The notes under the pieces: generated by a model
The model's database searches: none
What the model was told of the DNA's origin: nothing
Seen by the model: only the letters and a program-made list of their open reading frames with translations
Translations under genes and position numbers: made by a program
In this document: positions 53,503 through 64,000 of the stretch, one piece after another
How the letters are laid out: every line of letters begins with the position of its first letter
Position numbering within the stretch: position 1 is the stretch's first letter
NCBI RefSeq assembly: GCF_964355755.1
Contig: NC_092674.1
Span: forward strand, 1,240,001 to 1,304,000
DNA: 64,000 bases
DNA from: Antedon mediterranea
Taxonomy: Eukaryota > Animalia > Echinodermata
Direction of reading: 5' to 3'

Positions 53503-56500
53503 ATGTCAGCACAAACGTTTCAAACAACCAGTGGTGAGTATAAACATTGTATCATGTATAATTTCAATCGATTCCAAACAATTAAGAACACACTTATTCT
53601 CAAACTAAAAAGGTAAATCAATTTCTGAATTTAAAGCTAGTTTTCCACAAATCTTCAGCTTATACGCATGCGTATTCGTGTTTTAATCTGCTAATTAATC
53701 CGAGACGAATTCTATAGTTCATTCGAGTTTTTGGCTTCATCGAAATTATAGTAGTTCGAATTGTTTTCACTTTTTGTGAAGCAAAAACTCCAACTCCAAC
53801 AACCAATCAGAGGTCATGAAATGAACAAATTTAACTTTCATTGTTTGAAAAAACTGTCTAACTTTTATTTATTCAGTTATACTTTGTGAGGACTTGGTAA
53901 CAGAGTTAGACTGTACCAGTGGCGGAGGTGTAAATATCGTAAATGCCGAGTCATGTCATCACCAAGGAAACGACTGTACGAGGAGTGTAACTGGTTCCTG
54001 CGATGATTGCACGCAAGCTACTTCAGACATATGTAATGGTCAACAGACTTGCTCCGACCCCACATCTGCTTTACTGAGCACATGTTTTACAAATCCGAAT
54101 AATGTACTACATGTTGAATATAATTGTAAGTAGAGTACTACTATTATTGTAATATTCGTAGAGGATCCACCAATATGGTATACCATTAGTACCTCATATT
54201 CCAGTGAACACAATTGTACTATGTTTAAGCGTGGTTCCCACTACTAGAACGCAACGAAGCGACGTATTGACGCAAAGTGATGTATTGCATAATCACAATT
54301 GGGAATCGACGTTGCAAAAGTGCTGCAAAAATCGGTTTGATTTCACGCAGAAAGTCGGAGGAAAACACAATTATTGGAATGGAATTTTCTTACGTTGTGT
54401 AGGTTGCGTTACGTTGCGTGGCTAGTGGGAACCAAGCTTAAAATACCACTCCCGACACGTTATGTTTTCTGCGCCAGTCCACCACCAGCAAACCATTAAT
54501 CCGTCCCATTCAGAAAACATCCCATACATACAAAGTGTTTGAATGTATGCGACACGTGAGCATCCCATTAGTTCATTCAGATTAGTTGAAATATTAACTC
54601 CATATTATCTTGCCTACGTATATTCCTGTGTCTAATTTCTCATCAAGGTCAATATACGGAATCATCAACATCACAAGCTATATTTTCCACTGCTGAAAAG
54701 GAAACCACTACCTCTTCAACGACTGATGTGACGTCTAATGCTATGACGTCACCACATGTGACGACTTTAGATGTGACGACTTCTGGTATGACGTCGGCTT
54801 ATGTGACGACTTCTGATTTAACATCTTCTGCTACAAGTGCTATAACGTCATCAGCTGTGACGACTTCAGATGTGACGTCTTCTAGTATGACGTCATCTTA
54901 TTCGACGACTGGCGATGTGGCTTTTTCTAGTATGACGTCACCGTATTCTACAACATCTGATGTTATGTCTCCAACGTCGCTTTACGGGACGACTTCTGAT
55001 GTGACTCCTTCTGCTATAACGTCACCCTATGATGTTACGTCTTTTGCAACGGCGCCATATGCGACTACCGATGTAACGCTTTATGAGACGACTTCTGAAA
55101 CGACCGGCGATACGAGGCCTTCTGATACAATGGCCTCTGATGTAACGACGTCTGCTGCTGAGATGCTTTCTGGAAGAGGTAGTCTTGAACTGACTACTTT
55201 ACACAGTCAATCCTCTACCGAACAAATAGTGACGAGTAATATATGTTTCTCATTAGGTATTCAGGATGATGAAGAAGAAGAATCAAATGAAATTATCGAC
55301 ATTTTTAAAGAGGTTTGTTTTGTTTTATTATTATGATGAACGCCTTGTTTCATATTTCATTTTTAATTTATTGTTTCACAAGAATAAAAATGTTAAAATG
55401 CGTGCGTAAACTGTGTTTGTACGCTTTCGCCATAAAATGCGTGCGTAAACAGTATTTGTACGCGTGCGCCAAATGTCGTGTTTTTATTCGTTTCGTCACG
55501 ACTGACGTTCACAATTGTACCATTTTCGTGATGATGTTGAGCGTTCATATCTTAACGCACTGTTTATGATCTTTTATATTAGTTATTTGCAACACATAAG
55601 CGACTTCTACTACTTTAATTTTTTTGAATACAATCATTTATTATTATTACGGTGTAATCAATCATAATCATGATAACGACGCAATAATGATGAGAGAAGA
55701 CTTATTTATCATTTAGTATCAAGGTCGATTCGGGTGTAATTTACATTTAAACTCGTCCTCGCATTGATAAAACCGTTAATCAATACGATAGGCTATATCT
55801 ACGAAGTAATTACAATTTTGTTATTACTTTGTTATTAATCAATAATAAATAATTTTTCTTTAAATTAGCAAGACAAGGCTACAAATACAAGTGGTTGCTT
55901 ACAAGGTAGGTATACGGTTCAGTATAATCTGACATAGGCCGTGTTTTTGCAGCCAAAACAAAATTATCGGTTAATTTTTTAACCAATAAAGTGCGCATAG
56001 TTATTACCAAAATAACCAAATGCCCAATCACAATTTGTTTACAGAGAAATGATTAACTTGATTAAATGATTAAAAAATAACTTATTCGAAGTCTGATGTA
56101 ATTAATCTTCATTTTCATAATTTGGAAGGAACAATAAATCTTTAATATTACTTTATGAATTATTTTCTCATTAGTTACAACTGTTGAACGATATTTGGAA
56201 GTGAACGAATCCGTGTCGATCAATATTCCCGCTGGCGATTATACCACGGCGGTGTATTTTCCAGCATTTGCTATCCCATATGAAGGTATGTACAAAATTA
56301 ATATTAGGCCTACATTATAAATGTGACATTACTAAACATCAGTTTTTCGTCCAATGGGCTGGCTCCATCTAATTAGTGTATTCATTATGAACTCTGCCAG
56401 TACAAATTGTATAAAGGACCATTTTAGTTCTAACTGTGGCTAAAGGGGGATTGAAAGGTGCTCCATCTCAAACGGCGCGATTTTAGGTTATGGCGTGGTT

Positions 56501-59500
56501 TTAATTTAGAAGTAAGACATTTCTTGTTCGGGCATGCTATTATAATATTATCAATGATGGATGCTGACGTGATGGTGGTAGTTGTGCTGATATATAGATT
56601 ATAACATGCTGTTAATTCATTAAATCATTCATTTATTCAGTCAAAATCAAATTTCCATTTATTGTCATTTGCGTAATATAAATATAAATTGTTTTCGTAA
56701 AATTGTATTTTTAAAGATGTGATTGTTACTGTATCATCTGAAATTATATCATCCGAAAGTGACAACATGGTAACCACGGCAACAGTTAATGAATTAGAAT
56801 CTGTTCAAGTTACTGCTACCAGAGTCGCTGTTATAGTTAGTATTCTACTGCAATTAAACGGCACTATATTACAAATAAACCAAGGATCTTACGTTGAGAT
56901 GCTCTTTGAAATGGTACAACAAGTAAGCCTACATTCAATTAATTATACTAATAGTGACGTCACATTCAAGCGTGGTTCTGACGTCACAATAACAGTTAAA
57001 TAATAAATTAACAATAATTTGTTTAAACCATTGACCTATAAATTAGATAAGTTATAGGTTAAAGATTAAAATAAAAATAAAATAAAATAAATAAATAAAT
57101 AAACTAAGAGGGGCAAAAATAAAAAATCAAAGCTTGTATGAGGCAGCCCATTAACAAAAAAAGGAAAACAGGACAACACGGGAACCGGAAACAGGACAAA
57201 ACTGTCATGAAGACTTTTAGTTTCAGAGTACCAACAAATGTTACAAAATAAAAACTGTTTTAAGTGAAAGTGTATCATTGTATTATATTGTTTATATTGC
57301 CATTTTTTAAATAACAAATGTTTTTTTTTTTTGCAAATGGATTGGCAGGCACGCGAATATTATTCACCCAATTGCAGATCAATAGTATTTGAATACGTAT
57401 CAACTTAACTATTATTCCTTAATTTATATTTATGGTATTTATTATATAACACTGTTTCTAAAGGACAGGTTTTGATTAAAAATTGATATAGATTTATTAA
57501 AAAGCGCTTAGATAGATTTGAACATACTTAGATATTGTTATTATACTGCAGTGTACTTTTTGTTATAATAACAATGTTCTTAATGTAAAGATACGTACAC
57601 TTAAAGTACATTACGAATGTGGCTCCCCGCTGTTGATTGCGAATTGAAAACAAATAAATTATTTCGTTTGTAAGTGGTGTGGTGGAAAAATGCTCAAACA
57701 AATTTAGCTACAATTTCTTCAGGCCCGCTTTTCCCGCCACACTCGTTATCGCCCTTACGTCATAGTGCTAATCATCCGTTATTGCATAACTGCGGCGTGT
57801 CTATTGTTCATGTAGTAATCTATATGTTATTATTATAATGATTTTAAATTGCTATACTTTATACAGGAATTAAACACCGACGACGAAGTAACATTCTATT
57901 GTGTTTATTGGGATACTGATACATATTCGTCGTAAGTTATTGGAGCAATTTTAACACCTTGCAATTGTCCTAATCTTTAAGCTTGCTCCACACTGGAGAC
58001 AACGCAAAGACGTAGATGCAACGCAGTGAGTTAACCAATCACAACCGACAGTTGGCATAATCCATCGCATTTGATTGGTTAACTCGCTTGTGTTGCGTTA
58101 TACGTCCCTGCGTTGCGTCCGTAGTGAACCAAGCTTCACATTAAAATTACGTTCACACTGAGCCGGGATTTGGTCTGTAGCCATGACCGGGCTGCGTTTT
58201 TCGATCACACGCGCGCGTATACGTTTTGTGTACGAAATCCGGAATAAACCTATACACATTCTGGCCCGGAATATGTTGCCTGTCATAAATACAGTCATTT
58301 TGTCAACAAGTAAAAAATTGCGTAGGCGATCGAACCATTGTGTACAAATTAGGCGCTTTGAGCACTAATAATAATTTATTACTACCACGATATTTGTTAT
58401 TTTTAATATTACATATTATTAATTTGCCATGGTTCACACTTGTAAATGAATTGACAATTGTATTATAAAAAACTAAAAACAGGAAAAGGTTATTTCATAT
58501 TGACTAAATAGCTGCTTTAACTAATTCAATTTAATTTGATAAGAGACAATGTCATCATGGTTGGTCTAGGTATTTATTATTCCAAATAATAATGGTCAGT
58601 TATGATTAAAGCTTAGTTTACACTATGACGTAACGCAGCGACGCAACTTAAGCAATTTAACCAATCACAAACGATGGATTATCCGAACTGTCGTTTGTGA
58701 TTGGTGGTCAACTCGCTTGCGGTGCGCTTACGCCTTTGCGTTGTGTCCTAATGGGAACCAAACTTAACTAACTTTCGACAAAAAAAGAGCAAAAAAACAG
58801 TCTATCAACAAATAAATCAAGAAGAGGTACTTATATTAATTCTTATTTTAGAGTTTTCGGTTTAGTGTTAATTTGAGAACTATTTTTTCCTCCAAAAATA
58901 GAAACTCGTGGTCAACGTATGGTTGCAATGTCGTTTCCAGTAACACTACTCACACTCTGTGCAGATGTAACCATTTAACCAGCTTTACAGTCCTATTTTC
59001 ATTGGATTCATCCACGGTATGTATATGGTTACTAGAGGAAATTTAAGACATTTGAAATTTTGTCCCAAGCTGCGTCTCGTAAATTTAGTTTTAGTTTGTC
59101 CTTTTTTATACCACGTACAATTTTCTCTCAAACTTTGCTTCGTACACGAAAACTTGTTACAGCGGACAATATTTTTATTTAATTGTCTATTTAGCCATGC
59201 ATTTACAGAATGCAAATGACCAAAAGCTGCACTTTATAAACTTTCTAATAATCAAATTTGTTATTGAATTTATTTATATAAAATAAAAATTTATATAAAA
59301 TAAATTATTTTACCTAATTAAATTTGGATTCTTCTAGAAAAAAATCATTTTGGTATATAAATTCTATACTATTGTATAAACTTGTATCCGTATCATTTTA
59401 TTAAAGGAATGATAAATTGATTAATATTGTAATTTTCTATCACACAGACTCAAGAGTCAAATGATACATCGCTTTCTGTTCTATCGAAAGTTATCATCAG

Positions 59501-62500
59501 TACATCACTGATTTGCCTCGTTGCATCCGGGAGCATTTTTATCTATGTTGGGTAAGATATACGATTGCTTAATTTTTGTTTAACCTAAGGACAAATATTC
59601 GTTAACAAAATAAGAACAGCTTTAGGTAAATGTAAAATGAATCCATACTACATGCATATCAAGGTCTGTCTCACTATCAATAGTGATATGCGCAAATATA
59701 GTAGTGATATGACATCATCATATCCAAATATAGGCACATCACATGTTTTTGTCACATAAAGTTGATAGTGTAGACAAGGCTTTAGGCATATCTACATCGA
59801 TTAATGCATTGTATACTATTATGAAAACGTAAATCAAGTTAATAATTATGAGGGAACAGACGTTTACAAAAGACCCTACAATATGAGAGGCAATTGCAAG
59901 CATTTAGATAAATACAAGGGTCACACTTTCCCCGATGTGGAAGATAATCAATTACAAAGTAAAAATAACGGCAGCCTAAGACTGTCTACACTATCACACT
60001 TTATGTGACAACAAATGTGATTTGCCCATATATGGACATGATGATGTCATATCACTACCATATTTGGGTATATCACTACCATATTTGGGTACATCACACT
60101 TTTTTTTGGTCAAACCAGTTTGATAGTGTAGAAAGAGCTTTACCGAATGATGTCTATTTTTCTAATTTAGGATTTGTCGAACGTTTAGCATACAAGTACA
60201 CTTCAGTCTCTGCGTAGCACTGGCAATAGCACAGTTTTTATTTTTAGTTGGAATCGAGCGCACAGAAAATAAGGTTATTATGTTTCTATCTACTTATTTT
60301 TTGTAAAAAATGACTACATTAATCTTGTTAGAAGTTGTCCATATTGAGAACGACTACGTTAAATAATGCTTGCGGCATATTTCTCTAACAAAACAAATCA
60401 TGACGATCAAGTGAATGCTTTTTAGCGCATGAATAATAAGCTGCTACTTCTATAAAAATACATGGCCGCATTCATCATTCAGACTTATATACTAAGTACA
60501 CATCCTTGAAATACTTTAGTATGTAAGTAAAGTATGCCTACCTCACTTAAGTGTGAGGCGAATACGACCACGGATATGACATCAGCACTGTAGGCCTAAC
60601 CATGGGGTATTTGTGTGTACATTTATAGTTTAAAAGACTTAGTGAAAACCATGCTTTATAGTATAATAATCAACTGCTTATTATCCTTAGGGTGTGTGCG
60701 ACGCGTTGGCAATATTAACACATTATTCGTATACGTCTGCTTTGATTTGGATGCTACTTGAGGGCGTACATTTATACATGGCTTCACGAAACTATCAACT
60801 AATTCGGAAAACTTTCTACACTTTCAGTGGCGTCGGATGGGGTAAGAGTTTTTATTTAATTTTCATTTTCACTATAAAGTTATTAATTCTTGTTGAGTGA
60901 TCCCATTGGCATTGGTTATTGATATACTAACAATGCAGTGACACAATTTAATACAAAAAAAACACACCAACAATGACTCAATAAAAATCCTAGTTACAAC
61001 TTATTCTTGTAGTAATTATGACTTTATTTATTAATACTTTCAGTTGTTCCTATGATACTCGTGGCCTGTACGTACGGAATATTTACCACTGAATATCGAG
61101 CGACAGAATTGTAAGTTACAGGTCTATACTTTTTCAATTCCACTTTATTTGTCCAAGAGAAACCCAGATCAACTCCTGCCTTCTATCATGGGCCTTGCAC
61201 ATACAAAAATGTAAATAATCTTTAAATATTATGCAACATAAACAAGGAAAATGCGCTTATTTTGTGTCCTGTATCAAGTCAAGTTAAATAAAAATATATT
61301 TATGTTTCCTCATCCTCTATATAGTATAAATAATGTGTGGTGGTGTTGTTGGTGTCAATGTTTTACTTATAGGCCTATAGGCTTATTAGGCTTACTCTTT
61401 CTAACTATAGGTGTTGGCTCTCCGCTGAGAGTGGCAGTATTTTTGTGTTTTTTGCAACTGCTGCATTTGTAGTACTGGTAAGATCACCTTTTAAAATATT
61501 CAAGCAGGCCTATAGATCCAATGAATAAATACGTTAAACTTACGTTTGCTCTTAATACATGTTTATTCCTTATTAAAAATACGTCCATCAAAACATGAAA
61601 CCAGCTATCAGAGTTGTCTAAGCTCCATCGACTATGCTTATTCCTTATTAAAAATACGTCAATCAAAATATGGAACCAGCTACCAGAGTCGTCTGAGCTC
61701 CATCAACTACAGTCTTTAGTTAACACATGCTTTAACATATTAAAAATGCGTCCATCCAGCAAAATATAGAACCAGCTACCAGAGAGTTGTATAGCCTCTC
61801 CATCAACTACAATCGGCGGCTGTCCGATGGTGGTTGTTGTTACATAGTTTTAATGCATCCTTTGTTTTTCCTCAGTGTAAATTATACATAGGTTTTTGCA
61901 GTTTTGTTTCTGGCATTTCATCTGCACCCATATCCCGAAGTCTTACAGATTCAGATGAACGTTTTAACTAACTATACATTTTGTTGTTTGACATTCCTTC
62001 TTGCATGGCTGAGTGAAACAACTAATTAGCATATTAAATTAAGTTTAGATTGTTGTTTCACATTCTTTTTTTTTCCAGGCTAACTCGCTTGCTACCTTTC
62101 TAGTTATCAGACAATTCATGAACTTACAAACAAACCAAAGAAAGGAGACTATGGAACGCCACAGGTTTTATATTATATTATATTATTTATTAAAATAACT
62201 ATCTAATCTAAAACACAATGCAAAACAGGTTTTTTGTTTACCTGATGGATAAAGAAGTTCTTTCTTTCTTTTATTTACCCAAAAATAAATTCTAAATAAT
62301 GTAAATATAAACAAAACATAAAATATCAAGGGAAGGATTAATCAAGTTCAGCCCCTGATATTGAAGAAGAATAAATAGTTAATAAATAAATAAATAAAGG
62401 CAACCTTTCTAAACGTAATATCATATCATAGTAGGGTGTTATCGTCATATATCTATCGCCATTAATTTTTCATCCATGGTCCCATCCATCTCCCTTCCAT

Positions 62501-63458
62501 CACACCCAATCAATCCATCCATCTCCTTTCCATCACATCCATTCCTTATTTCAATTTTAATTAATATAAGATTTAATATTTGCATTTATTATCGGTCGGT
62601 ATTACTTATCATTTGTTAACAGAGCTTGCATTAAAGCCGTCTTATTCTTACAGCCCATACTTGGGCTCACCTGGATTTTCGGACTGATAGCAGGACTATC
62701 TGACGATGAACTTTTTTCGTATATGTTTGTAATCTTCAACGGCCTGCAGGTAAGGACGTTTAGCTGTTGGTGTTATAGCAAGAGTTAGTAACGCCGGTTA
62801 ATTGCATAGTATAACATTGTGTATTTTGAAAATGTCTTAATAAAAACATGTTTTTGTTTTAAATTTTAGGGTGTATTTATATTTTTTCTTCATTGTCTGG
62901 AAAACAATGAGGTATGTATTGATAGACAATGATTTATAATTACACATACGAGCGGTAATTTAGCGGAAAACCGCGTATTGCTTATCCCACGTAGAATCGG
63001 TATCTCTTCTGAGCGGGATTTTCGCTCAACGGCCGCCTGCTCCGCGCTTTGTGTAAATGATTATACATAATATTTAACATAAGATTCTATATATTTTTGT
63101 TTTCCGGCAAGTCTGTGTAAATTGGCCTGATGTGTGTACGGTAATTGCATTTGTAATGTAAAAAACGACTGGGATAATGACGTAGGCCTCATGACTAATC
63201 TACATTCATCCTTAGTTTAATTAAAAGCTTCCTATTCTAATATAGCCTACTGTCATTATTCATCATATGTGGGTGGTGATAAACAGTTAAACATAATTAC
63301 TGTAACATTATTACTGTGACGTCATTTTACAGGTTAAGAAAAAGATCAAACTTCTCCGTGACAAAAGGGCAAGGCGAATTGGCACAAGCAGTTCACAGCA
63401 GACTTTAACAACGCACAGCAGATCAGGCTCAAACCAAACAGCAACATCTCAATTATAA
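53503..63458 (+). CDS. Adhesion GPCR (latrophilin-like architecture: SUEL-like domain, Ser/Thr mucin stalk, GAIN/GPS, 7TM); true N-terminus uncertain
   Basis: Exon ~53877-54126 is Cys-rich SUEL-like; 54648-55312 is Thr/Ser-rich; 57867-57931 FYCVYWD; 58902-59016 WSTYGC...CRCNHLTSFTVLF (GPS). 7TM exons include HYSYTSALIWMLLEGVHLY, GVGW|VVP, CWLS, QPILGLTWIFG, YMFVIFNGLQ|GVFIFFLHC; stop TAA at 63456-63458. Confidence 0.92.
54228..54438. mobile_element. MITE family B (longer variant)
   Basis: tta|agcgtggttcccactactagaacgcaacg ... cgttgcgtggctagtgggaaccaagct|taa. Confidence 0.8.
57980..58135. mobile_element. MITE family B copy
   Basis: agcttgctccacactggagacaacgc...accaatcaca...tgattggtt...gcgttgcgtccgtagtgaaccaagct. 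Confidence 0.8.
58610..58765. mobile_element. MITE family B copy
   Basis: agcttagtttacactatgacgtaacgc...accaatcaca...gtgattgg...gtcctaatgggaaccaaact. Confidence 0.8.
59662..59781. mobile_element. MITE family A copy (internally deleted)
   Basis: aggtctgtctcactatcaa ... gttgatagtgtagacaaggct. Confidence 0.8.
59979..60139. mobile_element. MITE family A copy
   Basis: agactgtctacactatcacac ... gtttgatagtgtagaaagagct; ends about 30 bp before an exon acceptor. Confidence 0.85.
61566..61812. repeat. Degenerate ~75-90 bp tandem repeat x3, intronic
   Basis: attaaaaatRcgtcMatc...aaccagctaYcagag...ctccatcRacta three times. Confidence 0.8.
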
Positions 63459-63689
63459 TCATAGTGGGGGTACAGCTTCACCTGATGGATTCTATGTAGG
63501 CTACTGGACGTATCTTCACCTATTGACATAATTTGTACAGTATCAGGCACATTTCTGTAATACAGTGTAATATATGTATCACATGTGAGGCTTATGGCCT
63601 ATATGATACTGATTATGTGTAGTATACTATGATACAAATTATAGATACCATACAGAGAGCTAAATCAGTACGGTTTGAACAGTGTATAT

Positions 63690-64000
63690 ATGGGGAGGGG
63701 GAGGGGACTTGAATACGAGTCAACGTCGGTACAGCGGGGTGGTGTTATAGGGGGTGGGTGTGCTGTGGGTTGCTATATGGTTGGTGGGGGAGGGGGAAAT
63801 GCTATGGGTTGGGTTGTATTATGGGGGTGGGGTGCTGTTGGTTGCTATATGGTTGGTTGGGGAGGGGGGGGGGGGCAATGCTACACGTTGGGTTGTATTA
63901 TGGGAGTGGGGTGCTGTTGGTTGCTATATATGGTTGGGGGTAATGCTACGGGTTGGGTTGTATTATGGGGGTGGGGGTGCTGTTGGTTGCTATATGGTTT
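63690..64000. repeat. G/T-rich low-complexity tandem repeat running off the window end
   Basis: Recurring gggttgtattatgggggtggggtgctgttggttgctatatggttgg. Confidence 0.85.

Overview
AT-rich, intron-containing eukaryotic (animal) genomic DNA, probably a marine invertebrate; a deuterostome or echinoderm origin is only my impression. There is no bacterial, phage or CRISPR content. I reconstructed eight spliced genes by eye, in order: two tandem SLC22-family transporters (minus; the first runs off the window start), two tandem GH31 maltase-glucoamylase/sucrase-isomaltase-like genes (minus), FAM122/PABIR (minus), an ACER3-like alkaline ceramidase (minus), a Shox homeobox gene (plus), and an adhesion GPCR with SUEL-like domain, Ser/Thr stalk, GPS and 7TM (plus). 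Introns and intergenic DNA carry two abundant Harbinger-like MITE families, other non-autonomous elements, a LINE remnant, a tRNA-type SINE and several minisatellites. The most notable observation is the GH31 paralogue at 11694-23575. Its ORF looks intact and it keeps the catalytic nucleophile, but its acid/base Asp is replaced by His and most -1 subsite residues are remodelled, next to a canonical paralogue. Also notable are a strong excess of the palindrome TAGGCCTA, a degenerate lectin domain on the adhesion GPCR, and two tandemly amplified splice donors. Exon boundaries are manual and may be off by a few bases.
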